Below the pieces are notes generated by a model. It saw only the letters and a program-made list of their open reading frames with translations. It did no database searches and was not told the DNA's origin. Of a DNA stretch of 64,000 nt, positions 48,258 to 57,712 are shown one piece after another (position 1 is the first letter of the stretch; every line of letters starts with the position of its first letter). The stretch lies in the sequence record DRR723986_5625. One strand, 5' to 3'. Position numbers and translations under genes: made by a program.

Positions 48258-48614
48258 ATGAAAGCTCCAGCCTTACTTTTGGCCTCAGCCATCCTGGCGT
48301 CGGCCAGCCAGATCGCCAGCGCCCTGTCCCTCGGGCCCGACGAATTTGCTGCTGCACAGCAACTAACCTGCGTGCTGGCTCAGGACTCCCTGGGCTACCT
48401 CAGCGAGACCGAGTACGAGGACATGATGGACGAGGTTCTGGGCGGCTACGAAGCCGGTGATGGCGATGTGATTTACGCCAAAGCACTGGGGTATTTCGAC
48501 GGCCTGATGTTCGGTATCTCCGAGCGCGATTCGGGCCAGATCAATGAGCGCCTGCGTAGTTTTGTGCAGAGCCAGTCCTGTACCCGGGTGGTCGGGGTCA
48601 GCTACTCCCTGTAG
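48258..48614 (+). CDS. Small secreted protein of unknown function (118 aa)
   Basis: Sec-like signal MKAPALLLASAILASASQIASA, acidic mature part with two Cys, and its own promoter and terminator. Confidence 0.75.
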   Translation: MKAPALLLASAILASASQIASALSLGPDEFAAAQQLTCVLAQDSLGYLSETEYEDMMDEVLGGYEAGDGDVIYAKALGYFDGLMFGISERDSGQINERLRSFVQSQSCTRVVGVSYSL

Positions 48615-48632
48615 CGTCGTCACCGGGCTTGG

Positions 48633-48657
48633 AAAGGGGGCCAGGGCCCCTTTTTTT
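48633..48657 (+). terminator. Rho-independent terminator
   Basis: AAAG-GGGGC-CAGG-GCCCC followed by T7. Confidence 0.75.
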
Positions 48658-48808
48658 GTGTCCGCAGATCGGCAATGGCCCGGGTAACTCATGCCATGCT
48701 GGACAAAAAGTGAACAAACGGCCTTCCGCGGCCCTGCTCACCCAAATAAGGGATGTGGCTACTCACGGCCCTGTTGAGACTGCAGCCTCCAGTCATTGGA
48801 GGTGAGCC

Positions 48809-49990
48809 ATGAACGCACCCGCACAAGTACTTGAAAAACACGCCATCGCCGGAGCCATGCTCCAGGCGATAACCGATTTACAGGACCTGTTTCGCAAAAA
48901 CGCCGCGCTAGCCCGCAGTGAACGCCGGGTGCCGCAGGAAAACATCGATGCCCTGCAGGAAGCGGGTTTCTTTCTTGCCCTGCAGCCGAAGGAATGGGGC
49001 GGCTATGAGCTGGATCCCCAGGACTTCTTCCGCATGCAGACAGCGATTGCGGAGGCCTGTATGTCCACCGCCTGGGCATCGGGTATTGTCTCGGTCCATG
49101 CCTTCCAGCTCGCCCTGATGGACCCGCGCGCCCAGCGCGACGTGTGGGGTGAGGACATTCACACCCGGGTGTCGTCATCCTATGCCCCGATGGGTAAGGT
49201 CGAGCCCGTTGAGGGTGGGTTCCGGTTCAGTGGTCGCTGGGGCTGGAGCAGCGGCAGTGAGCACTGCAGCTGGGTCCTGCTGGGCGGTGTTTGCCCCGAC
49301 GGGGCTTACCGCAGCTTCCTGGTGCCGCGCAGCGACTACGAGATCGTCGATACCTGGCATTCCATGGGCCTGCAGGGCACCGGTTCACAGGATATCGTGG
49401 TCAAGGACGCATTCGTGCCCGAGTATCGCACCCACCGTGCGGAAGACGGCTACCTGGGCACCAACCCCGGGATCAGCGCCGAGAGCGCCAATCTGTATCG
49501 CCTGCCCTGGGCCCAGCTGTTCATCCGTGTGGTTTCGACCCCCGCGATCGGCGCCTGCAAGGCGGCCCTGGAACTGTATCAGGGGCTGGTCCTGGGCAAG
49601 GCCAGCGGCGATGTCACCAAGCTGGCGGGTGACACTGGCACCCAGGAGCGTATTGCCGCGGCGGCCAACAGCATCGATGAGATGGAAACCATCATGTACC
49701 GCAATTTCGATCGCATGGTCGACCAGGTCAACCGCGGTGATCCAGTGCCGGTGAGCGACCGTATCAGGTATCGATATCAGGCGTCACTGGTGATCGAGAA
49801 GAGCATGGCTGTTGTGGACAGCCTGTTTTCCTCCGCAGGAGGAAGCTCTGTCTTTGTCGGCAGCGACATCCAGCAACGGTTCCTGGATATCCACACCGCG
49901 CGCGCGCACGTGGCGAATAACCCCACCGGCTTCGCCCGCAACCTCGGTGCAACCTTGCTGGGTGTCGAAAACAGCGACTTTTTCGTCTGA
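48809..49990 (+). CDS. Flavin-dependent monooxygenase, oxygenase component (HsaA-like, acyl-CoA dehydrogenase fold)
   Basis: LQPKEWGG, CMSTAW, SSSYAP, GRWGWSSG, W..MGLQGTGS and QRFLDIHTARAH. Confidence 0.85.
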   Translation: MNAPAQVLEKHAIAGAMLQAITDLQDLFRKNAALARSERRVPQENIDALQEAGFFLALQPKEWGGYELDPQDFFRMQTAIAEACMSTAWASGIVSVHAFQLALMDPRAQRDVWGEDIHTRVSSSYAPMGKVEPVEGGFRFSGRWGWSSGSEHCSWVLLGGVCPDGAYRSFLVPRSDYEIVDTWHSMGLQGTGSQDIVVKDAFVPEYRTHRAEDGYLGTNPGISAESANLYRLPWAQLFIRVVSTPAIGACKAALELYQGLVLGKASGDVTKLAGDTGTQERIAAAANSIDEMETIMYRNFDRMVDQVNRGDPVPVSDRIRYRYQASLVIEKSMAVVDSLFSSAGGSSVFVGSDIQQRFLDIHTARAHVANNPTGFARNLGATLLGVENSDFFV

Positions 49991-50036
49991 CCATCCAGGT
50001 TCCAAAGACCATCTCTTCCCCCAGATGGTTATCCTT

Positions 50037-50067
50037 CCCCGGCGGTTTCCCCGCCGGGGTTTTTTTT
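50037..50067 (+). terminator. Rho-independent terminator
   Basis: CCCCGGCGG-TTTCC-CCGCCGGGG followed by T8. Confidence 0.9.
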
Positions 50068-50157
50068 GCCTGTAGTTTGCGCGCCGCGGTCGGTGATCGG
50101 TCGTGACGGTCCCGTCGTATCATGAACACGGTTTGTAGAGAACAGGGTGGCTTGTTC

Positions 50158-50709
50158 ATGCGCAATAGCATCTGGAAAAGTGCTGGCCTGCTGCTGGCGC
50201 TAATGGTCGCCGGCTGCGGTTCGGTAACGGTGCAGGACTATGCCGGGCAGCAGCCGCTGCTCGTCCCGGAAACCTTTTTTGACGGTAGGCTGAGCGCTCA
50301 CGGTGTGGTCAAAAACCGCGCTGGCCGGGTGATTCGCCACTTCAATGCCGACATTCTCGCCTACTGGAAGGATGGGATAGGTACCCTGGAGGAAGATTTC
50401 GTTTTCGATGACGGGGAGCAGCAGCGCCGGGTGTGGACGCTGACCCCGGACGGGGCTGGCCGCTATCGTGGTACTGCCGGCGATGTGATAGGCGAGGGCG
50501 CAGTGACCGTGGCCGGCAACAGCATGTTCCTCGATTATGTTTTGCGCATTCCCTACGGCGACGGCACTCTGGATCTGCGGATCGACGACCGCATGTACCT
50601 GGTCAATCCCAATACCCTGATCAACGAGTCGGCGATGAAGAAATTCGGTTTCGGGGTAGGGCAAATCCTGCTGGTGATTGAGAAACGCGACCCGCTCGCC
50701 GCCCCGTGA
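50158..50709 (+). CDS. DUF3833 family lipoprotein
   Basis: Lipobox VAGC, FFDGRL.AHG, L.EDF.FDDGE...RVW, GTAGDV.G and DDRMY. Confidence 0.85.
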   Translation: MRNSIWKSAGLLLALMVAGCGSVTVQDYAGQQPLLVPETFFDGRLSAHGVVKNRAGRVIRHFNADILAYWKDGIGTLEEDFVFDDGEQQRRVWTLTPDGAGRYRGTAGDVIGEGAVTVAGNSMFLDYVLRIPYGDGTLDLRIDDRMYLVNPNTLINESAMKKFGFGVGQILLVIEKRDPLAAP

Positions 50710-51146
50710 CTTCCCGCCAACTGATGCACCTGCTGGGCTACGCCGGATTGGTGCCTTTCGCCGGGTTCGCCGCAGGCGTCTGTTTACTGGAGGATTATCC
50801 CCTGAGCTTGTCCCGCCAGGGCTTTGTAATCTACTCCCTCGTGATCCTCTGCTTCCTCGCCGGTTCCCTCTGGGGTTCGGCCATTGATTTTCCCGAACCG
50901 GCCAAGCGCCTGCGGCTGGTGGTCAGCAATGGCCTGGTGGTGTTTGCAGCCCTCGGCGTGCTCACCGCCCAGTTGCTGGTGGCGTCGCTGCTGCTCCTGC
51001 TGGGCCATCTCGCGGTACTCTGGTATGAGCGCAATACCAGCCCGGTGTGGGGCTGGTACGGTCGTCTGCGCAGTCGGCTCACCGGTGCGGCAGTGGTACT
51101 GCACCTGGTTTACGCGGCTGGTTTGATCCTGCGTAACAACGCCTGA
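50706..51146 (+). CDS. DUF3429 family membrane protein
   Basis: LGYAGLVPF, YS.VIL.FLAG..WG and WY..LR.RLT. Confidence 0.8.
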   Translation: MTSRQLMHLLGYAGLVPFAGFAAGVCLLEDYPLSLSRQGFVIYSLVILCFLAGSLWGSAIDFPEPAKRLRLVVSNGLVVFAALGVLTAQLLVASLLLLLGHLAVLWYERNTSPVWGWYGRLRSRLTGAAVVLHLVYAAGLILRNNA

Positions 51147-51158
51147 GCTGACCCGCAA

Positions 51159-51186
51159 TTGCATGGTATTGCCGGGCGCCTATAAT
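51159..51186 (+). promoter_or_regulatory. Putative sigma70 promoter
   Basis: TTGCAT-N16-TATAAT upstream of the MDR gene. Confidence 0.5.
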
Positions 51187-51244
51187 GCCTGTCTCTCTGG
51201 CTCAAGCCGGTCACAATTACCTCACCAAGCAAGGAGAATAACGA

Positions 51245-52249
51245 ATGAAGGCAATGAAACTGGCGGCGCCCGGTGGCCTCGATAATCTGCAACTTACCGA
51301 TATTGCGGCGCGGGATCCCGGGCCGGGGGAGGTGCAGGTGGAAATCAAGGCCAGCTCCCTGAACTTCCACGACTACGCCGTGGTGGTTGGCCTGCTGCCG
51401 GTTGACGATGGCCGTATCCCAATGTCCGACGGCGCCGGCGTGGTGACCGCGGTGGGCGAGGGTGTTGCTGACTTCGCAGTGGGCGATCGGGTGCTGAGCT
51501 ATTTCTTCCCCCATTGGGTCGACGGCGGGGCCAGCTTCCAGAAAGTTATGGGGGTGCCGGGGGATAACGTGGATGGCTTTGCCGCACAGACGGTCACCAT
51601 GCCGGCCGGCGCTTTCAGCCGCATGCCGACGAACCTCGACTTTGCGGCTGCTTCCACCCTGACCTGCGCCGGACTCACCGCCTGGCGTGCGCTGATGGTG
51701 GAAACCAAGCTGGTACCCGGCGATTGGGTTCTGGTGCAGGGCAGTGGCGGAGTCTCGGTGTTCGCACTGCAGTTTGCGAAGATGATCGGTTGCCGGGTTA
51801 TTGCCACATCCTCCTCGGATGCCAAGCTGGAAAAACTGAAAGCCCTGGGTGCGGAACACCTGATCAACTACCGGGAGACACCCGACTGGGGCGACAAGGC
51901 CCTGGAACTGACTGGTGGCAAGGGGGTGGATCTGGTCGTTGAAGTCGGTGGCCCGGGTACGGTTCCCCAGTCGATCCGCGCGGTTAGTTTCGGCGGCTGC
52001 ATCAGCATGATCGGGGTATTGACCGGTTTTGCCGGTGAGGTGCCGACCACAGAATTGTTCCAGAAGAATGCCCGCATCAGTGGTATTACCGTCGGCAGCC
52101 AGGCCCACCAGGCAGATATGATCGCCGCAGTGGAAGCCAACGGGCTGGCGCCGGTAATCGACAGCACCTTCGAACTGGCCGCGCTGGCTGACGCATTCCG
52201 CCACCAGGAGTCGCAGCAGCACTTCGGCAAAATCTGCGTCTCAGTCTGA
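51245..52249 (+). CDS. NAD(P)-dependent medium-chain dehydrogenase/reductase (alcohol dehydrogenase-like)
   Basis: SSLNFHD, PMSDGAG, CAGLTAW, QGSGGVS..ALQ and HFGKI. Confidence 0.9.
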   Translation: MKAMKLAAPGGLDNLQLTDIAARDPGPGEVQVEIKASSLNFHDYAVVVGLLPVDDGRIPMSDGAGVVTAVGEGVADFAVGDRVLSYFFPHWVDGGASFQKVMGVPGDNVDGFAAQTVTMPAGAFSRMPTNLDFAAASTLTCAGLTAWRALMVETKLVPGDWVLVQGSGGVSVFALQFAKMIGCRVIATSSSDAKLEKLKALGAEHLINYRETPDWGDKALELTGGKGVDLVVEVGGPGTVPQSIRAVSFGGCISMIGVLTGFAGEVPTTELFQKNARISGITVGSQAHQADMIAAVEANGLAPVIDSTFELAALADAFRHQESQQHFGKICVSV

Positions 52250-52284
52250 GTGCGGGGGACCGCAGGGGGTGACAGCAAGGGCTG

Positions 52285-53319
52285 TTACCCCGGTCGGTCT
52301 TCCCCGGGGAACCAGTGGCGGGTGCGGTTGGCGAATGCCACCAGTGACAGCATGACCGGCACTTCTACCAGCACGCCGACCACCGTCGCCAGGGCGGCCC
52401 CGGAGTTGAGGCCGAAAAGGGAAATGGCGACTGCTACCGCCAGCTCAAAGAAATTCGAGGTGCCGATCAGGCAGGCCGGTGCGGCGATACTGTGCTCCAG
52501 ACGCATCGTCCTGGCAGCGCCATAGGCGATAAAGAAAATGCTGTAGGTCTGAATCAGCAAGGGTATGGCGATCAGGCCGATGACCAGTGGCTGGCTGACG
52601 ATCTTCTGCGCCTGGAAGCCGAACAGCAGAACGACGGTGGTCAGCAGGCCGACAATGGACCAGGGCTTAAGCCGGGTTACCAGGTCGTCTACCCGGTGCT
52701 GGTCAGTACCATTTTCCAGCCGATGCCGGGTCCACGCGCCCGCCACCAGGGGCAGTACCACGTACAGCACCACGGACAGGAGCAAGGTCTCCCAGGGCAC
52801 GCTGATATCGCTGACGCCCAGCAGGAAGGCGGCGATCGGCGCAAAGGCAAAAATCATGATGATGTCGTTGACCGATACCTGGACCAGGGTGTAATTGGGG
52901 TCGCCCCTGGTCAGCTGGCTCCAGACAAACACCATCGCGGTACAGGGTGCAACGCCCAGCAGGATCATACCGGCGATGTACTCATTCGCCGACTGCGGAT
53001 CGACCAGGTCCGCGAATATCACGCGGAAAAACAGCCAGCCCAGCGCCGCCATGGTGAATGGCTTGATCAGCCAGTTGACGACGATGGTGAGCACGAGTCC
53101 CCGGGGCCTTTCGCCGACCTGGCGGATGGCGGAAAAATCGATCTGTACCATCATCGGGTAGATCATTACCCAGATGAGCACCGCGACGACCAGGTTGACG
53201 TGGTACAGCTCCAGCCGGGCTACGGTGGCGAACAGGCCCGGTGCGACATTACCCAGGGCGATGCCGGCGAGGATGCACAGGCCGACCCACAGGCTCAGGT
53301 AGCGTTCGAACAGTCCCAT
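52285..53319 (-). CDS. acr3: ACR3 family arsenite efflux transporter
   Basis: [43 protein letters not shown] and [10 protein letters not shown]. Confidence 0.96.
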   Translation of the reverse strand: MGLFERYLSLWVGLCILAGIALGNVAPGLFATVARLELYHVNLVVAVLIWVMIYPMMVQIDFSAIRQVGERPRGLVLTIVVNWLIKPFTMAALGWLFFRVIFADLVDPQSANEYIAGMILLGVAPCTAMVFVWSQLTRGDPNYTLVQVSVNDIIMIFAFAPIAAFLLGVSDISVPWETLLLSVVLYVVLPLVAGAWTRHRLENGTDQHRVDDLVTRLKPWSIVGLLTTVVLLFGFQAQKIVSQPLVIGLIAIPLLIQTYSIFFIAYGAARTMRLEHSIAAPACLIGTSNFFELAVAVAISLFGLNSGAALATVVGVLVEVPVMLSLVAFANRTRHWFPGEDRPG

Positions 53320-53795
53320 CAGTGCAGCTCCGCCAGTTCGTTGAGGAGAATTGCCGCCTCGGCCACGCTTGCCCCGGGCTGCAGCCGCTCCTGCAGGGCC
53401 TTGGCACGCCGCTCCAGGGTCTGCATCACCCGGTCGAATGCCGCGCTTCGATCGGTGTCGCTACCCAACAGGTGCGAAGGGTCAGCCAGTCCCCAGTGCA
53501 CCCGGGGCGTGTTCCCCAGCCACAGCGGGCAGGCCTCACCGGCGGCGCGGTCGCAGACAGTCACCACCAGGTCCGGCTCGAAGTCAGCGAGCTCGTCATA
53601 GCCTTTGCTGGTCAGGCCCTCGGTGGCGTAGCCCGCCTGCTGCAGGTGGCTCAGGGTCAGCGGATGAATACGACCCGATGGCGCACTGCCGGCACTGGCG
53701 GTGGTCACCCGTTGGCCGGCGCGGTCGCGCAGGATCACTTCGGCGAGGATGCTGCGACAGGCGTTGTGGGTGCAGACAAATAACAGCTTGAGCAT
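53319..53795 (-). CDS. arsC: Arsenate reductase, LMW-PTP (thioredoxin-coupled) type
   Basis: [10 protein letters not shown] (CX5R), SAGS.P, VCD.AAGEACP and HWGLADP; overlaps the acr3 start. Confidence 0.92.
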   Translation of the reverse strand: MLKLLFVCTHNACRSILAEVILRDRAGQRVTTASAGSAPSGRIHPLTLSHLQQAGYATEGLTSKGYDELADFEPDLVVTVCDRAAGEACPLWLGNTPRVHWGLADPSHLLGSDTDRSAAFDRVMQTLERRAKALQERLQPGASVAEAAILLNELAELH

Positions 53796-53807
53796 GTGGG
53801 TTTTCCG

Positions 53808-55625
53808 TCAGGGCATGTCAAACAGGCACAGGGTACACATCACCGTCGCCTGCGGTTGCCGCAGGCCCTCCAGCGATTGCAGCGATTGCATCGCCTGCTC
53901 GGCAAAACTTCCCAGGCCCTGATCGACACGCAGTCCGAAGTCGAACTGGCGCAGCAGGGCGTAGGCCGGTGAAACCGGCTTCACCACGTAGTCGACGCGC
54001 CAGTTGTCCAGCCCGGCTGCACCCGCGGCGTAGGCGATGGCGTCGTCCAGGGAACCCAATTCATCGATCAGGCCGAGTTCCAGCGCCATGGGTGCCAGCC
54101 ACACCCGGCCGCCGGCGATCGAGCGGATATAGTCGGAGTCGCGCTCGCGGCTGACAGCAACCGTGTCGACAAAGCGCTGGTAGGCGGCACTGGCCCAGCG
54201 GGCGAACAGGGCATCGAGTTTTTCGTTGACCGGCCGATTGATGCTCCACCCGGCGTGCTCGCTGGTGGTGACCCCGTCGGAGTGAACGCCGATGTAGTCG
54301 AACAGGTTTTCCAGGGTCGGGAAGGCGACCGCCACCCCGATCGAGCCGGTGATCGTGGTCGGCTCGGCGAAGATCCGGTCTGCCGGGGTGCTGACCCAGA
54401 CCCCGCCTGAGGCCGCCACATCGCCCATGGAGACCACGGTGGGGATGCCCTTGCTCGCCGCCGCCGCGAATTCGTCGCGGATGAAATCGCTGCCGATAAT
54501 GGATCCGCCAGGGCTGTTCACCCGCAGGACTACGGCCCGTGTGTTCGGGTTTTCATGCGCCCTGCGCAGCAGTGGCGCGATGTCCTCGGCGCCCGCCACA
54601 CCGGGACCCATCTCGCCGTCCTGTATTGTCCCCTGGACAAAGACCACCGCCACCGCATCCTTGGTATCGGCGACATTCGCCGCCAGTTGCGAGCGATAGG
54701 CCTGCCAACTGATGTGCGGATAGGTTTCGCGATCGCTGTCTTCATTCTGGGCGCGGCCGAATCGCTCGATCATGTAGGCGCGTAGCTCGGCGTGAGTCTT
54801 GGTGCCGTCTATCAGGCCTGCCGCCTGCGCGAATGCCAGGTTGTCATAGGCGGCCTCCGTCAGCAGGGGAATAGTGTGCTCATCGGCCATGGTCTGGAAC
54901 ACCGCCGGATCGAGGCCCCTCGGGGCCGCCATTTCATCTTTCAGTCGCTGCCAGATTGGATCGTACAGGGCCTTGCGCTGCTCGCGGTCCGACTCGGACA
55001 TGTCGTTACGGGTTAGGCCCTCGACGGCGGACTTGTAATCGCCCTGGCTGTAGTTGTGGATGGTTATCTTGAGTTTTTCAGTCAGTTCCCGGGTGTAATC
55101 CCGGTATCCGCCGAGACCGGTGATAGCGACCGCGCCAGATGGATGGACGAAGATCTCGTCGCTGCGGGCTGCCAGCAGGTAGGAGCCGGTCGACAGGGCA
55201 TCGCTGTAGGCGATTACGGGCTTGCCCGATTCTCGCAGGGCCGACAGCTCCGCGGCGACCTGCAGCAAGGTGCTGGGGCCGGCGAAACCGGTGTTGGAGA
55301 AGTCGACCAGCACCCCAGCCAGTGACTCATCCTGTGCCGCTGCGCGCAACAGCGCGATGAGATCACGGGTCTGGATCTGGTCTTCTTCGGGGATGGCAAA
55401 GGGGAAAACGAACTCCGAAGGGTAGACTTCCTGGTCCTGCACCACGCCCTCCGGGCTCAGGATCAGCACTTTGCCGCTGGGGTCTACATCGGCCGGCATC
55501 TGTCGCATCACGAACACCACGCTGCTCACCACGTAGACCAGCACCAGCAGGGTGAGCAGATTGATTGTCCAGACCCGGATGCCGGTTAGTAACGCGCCAA
55601 GTCGGCTGAAGAATTTTTTCACCAC
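53808..55625 (-). CDS. sppA: Signal peptide peptidase SppA (67-kDa type)
   Basis: G.YKSAVE, LRVNSPGGS, VSMGDVAASGG.W, TITGSIG and GRVW....A.ELGLID. Confidence 0.92.
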   Translation of the reverse strand: MVKKFFSRLGALLTGIRVWTINLLTLLVLVYVVSSVVFVMRQMPADVDPSGKVLILSPEGVVQDQEVYPSEFVFPFAIPEEDQIQTRDLIALLRAAAQDESLAGVLVDFSNTGFAGPSTLLQVAAELSALRESGKPVIAYSDALSTGSYLLAARSDEIFVHPSGAVAITGLGGYRDYTRELTEKLKITIHNYSQGDYKSAVEGLTRNDMSESDREQRKALYDPIWQRLKDEMAAPRGLDPAVFQTMADEHTIPLLTEAAYDNLAFAQAAGLIDGTKTHAELRAYMIERFGRAQNEDSDRETYPHISWQAYRSQLAANVADTKDAVAVVFVQGTIQDGEMGPGVAGAEDIAPLLRRAHENPNTRAVVLRVNSPGGSIIGSDFIRDEFAAAASKGIPTVVSMGDVAASGGVWVSTPADRIFAEPTTITGSIGVAVAFPTLENLFDYIGVHSDGVTTSEHAGWSINRPVNEKLDALFARWASAAYQRFVDTVAVSRERDSDYIRSIAGGRVWLAPMALELGLIDELGSLDDAIAYAAGAAGLDNWRVDYVVKPVSPAYALLRQFDFGLRVDQGLGSFAEQAMQSLQSLEGLRQPQATVMCTLCLFDMP

Positions 55626-55845
55626 AAACTCCGGTACCGAGGAAATGAGGCGAGATTATAGCTGGAAAGGCTGCCCGACGACGAACGCGGCAGCGCGCGC
55701 CGGTCAACCGTGTCGAGCGGCGCGTGATGGGTTAAGCTTGGCAGGGATTTATGACACTTTGAGGAAAGCGGATGGAAGCTGGCCAGGGCACGATGAGCGG
55801 TGTCGCACCGGGGAAAGGCGTGGCAATAACAGGAGGGTCTGCAGG

Positions 55846-56256
55846 ATGAAAGAAACCGGTTCCTGTCTTTGCGGCCAGCTGCACTACAGTTTCGACCGTT
55901 CGGCGGTGCTGTCGTCGCATCATTGCCACTGCCGGGATTGCCAGAAGGTGACCGGCAGTGGCAAGGCCACCATTGTCATGGTTGCGACACCGGCGCTGAG
56001 CTATGCCGGTGAGATGCACAGCCACACGGTGGTCGGTACCGATGGCAGCCATGTGTGCCGCGGGTTTTGCCCCAAGTGTGGTTCCCAGATACTGAGTTTT
56101 GTTGAGGAAATGCCGGACATCCGCTTCGTCAAGGCCGGCTCCCTGGATGACAGCAGCTGGGTAACGATCAGTTCCAATTTCTGGAGTGAGTCAGCCCAGC
56201 CCTGGTCACCGATTGATCCCGGGGTGAGTACCTTCGAGCGCAATCCCCAAATGTGA
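55846..56256 (+). CDS. GFA (glutathione-dependent formaldehyde-activating) family Zn protein
   Basis: GSCLCG, CHCRDCQK and FCPKCGS; GGAGG upstream of ATG 55846. Confidence 0.9.
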   Translation: MKETGSCLCGQLHYSFDRSAVLSSHHCHCRDCQKVTGSGKATIVMVATPALSYAGEMHSHTVVGTDGSHVCRGFCPKCGSQILSFVEEMPDIRFVKAGSLDDSSWVTISSNFWSESAQPWSPIDPGVSTFERNPQM

Positions 56257-56308
56257 CCCGCGCCGCCCGGCCTGTTAGCCGGGCGCTGCTGCAGGTAGTT
56301 GGCAGCGG

Positions 56309-57124
56309 CTACCTGGCGGATTGGTAGGCCGCGGCGTAGGCGAGGGTATCGCCATTGTCGATCAGGGTGCCGTTGGGCAGCTCTGTGCTGCGTGCGCTGA
56401 TTTCCAGCATGGCCTGGCCGAGTTCGGTTCCAGTGACCACCAGCTTGCCGGGGCGCAATAGCCAGTCCAGCAGATGGTGGCCGATATTGGCCTGTTCGCT
56501 GGTGGGCCGCACAAAGGCGGAACGGTAGCTGAAGGTCCTCAGCCCGGTGCCCTCGGCGGCGGCTGCCATTTCGTGTTCGGTCCGACCTTTCTCCCTGGCC
56601 CAGTGCTGGCTGCCTTCCGGGTCCGTCCCCATCCCGGTGACAAAATGAAACGCCATCGGCGCCTCCTGCCGTGCCGCAAGCCACTCGCTGATAAATGCCA
56701 TCGGGAAATCAACGTGGATGCGGGTGTAGGTGGCGTCGTCCATGCCGATGGAGGTCGTACCCAGCCCCCAGAGCACCGTGTTGGTTTGCGCCAGTAGTTC
56801 GCGGTGCTGTGAATAGTCGGTGAAGTCCTCGTGCAGCAACATGGTCAGCTTGCCGGATGCGACCCCGGCATCAATACGCGGCGAGGAGCGGCGGGTGAAG
56901 ACCACCACCCGGTTGACGTCGGGATCGGCCAGTGCCGCTTTCAGCAAACCATCGCCCACCGAGCCGGTCGCGCCCATGACCACAACGACCTGATTGGCAT
57001 AGGGGTTACGTGCCGGGTCGGATTCCGGGTTGTGCTTGCCCAGGGTGAGGTAGCCCCAGGTATCGAAGCCGATCACCAGCAACAGCAGCAGGAACAGAGG
57101 ATAGAGCAGTATTTTGCGTAACAT
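56309..57124 (-). CDS. NAD(P)-binding Rossmann-fold protein with N-terminal anchor
   Basis: VMGATGSVG, WGLG, WAREKG.TE and a hydrophobic N-terminus. Confidence 0.75.
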   Translation of the reverse strand: MLRKILLYPLFLLLLLVIGFDTWGYLTLGKHNPESDPARNPYANQVVVVMGATGSVGDGLLKAALADPDVNRVVVFTRRSSPRIDAGVASGKLTMLLHEDFTDYSQHRELLAQTNTVLWGLGTTSIGMDDATYTRIHVDFPMAFISEWLAARQEAPMAFHFVTGMGTDPEGSQHWAREKGRTEHEMAAAAEGTGLRTFSYRSAFVRPTSEQANIGHHLLDWLLRPGKLVVTGTELGQAMLEISARSTELPNGTLIDNGDTLAYAAAYQSAR

Positions 57125-57277
57125 GGCTGTCGAACCGCGCAGGGAAAAGGAGGTCCAGTATACAACGATGCCCGCTTGCCGCAGGGCGGTGGCCCTTGTC
57201 AGCCGGATAATTCACCGCCTACACTGTCGCAGCGTCAGCACCGAACAAGGCGCTGTAATTAACCGGGGAACAGGCCG

Positions 57278-57712
57278 ATGAATACAAACCGGAAACCCGT
57301 GCCACGCTGGTACATGATCTCAGCCGTGCTGGCGATCCTGTGGAACCTGTTGGGGGTGGCTGCCTTTGCCATGCAAATGATGATGACGCCGGAGATGCTT
57401 GCTGAGATGTCCGCTGCCGAGCGCGACTTGTATGAGTCGACGCCGGTCTGGGCGACAGCGGCCTTTGCGCTCGCTGTCATTGGTGGCTTGCTGGGGAGTC
57501 TCGGGCTGGTCCTGCGCAAGCTGTGGGCACTGCTGTTTCTGTGGTTGTCGCTGCTGGGTATCCTGGTCCAGAACGCGCATGGCTTCCTCATGAGCGATGC
57601 CCTGGCGGTCTATGGCCCGCAGGCGGCGGCAATGCCTGCCATGGTGCTGCTGATCGCTGTACTGCTTATCCTGATGGCGCGCAACGCCAATACCCGGCAC
57701 TGGCTCGACTGA
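57278..57712 (+). CDS. Four-TM membrane protein of unknown function
   Basis: P.WY...VLAILWNLLG and P.WATAAFA; four hydrophobic segments. Confidence 0.7.
   Translation: MNTNRKPVPRWYMISAVLAILWNLLGVAAFAMQMMMTPEMLAEMSAAERDLYESTPVWATAAFALAVIGGLLGSLGLVLRKLWALLFLWLSLLGILVQNAHGFLMSDALAVYGPQAAAMPAMVLLIAVLLILMARNANTRHWLD

Noticed and set aside
53808-53850. C-terminal CTLC of SppA as an arsenic-binding site next to arsC
   Set aside because: A terminal CxxC is a normal feature of 67-kDa SppA proteins.
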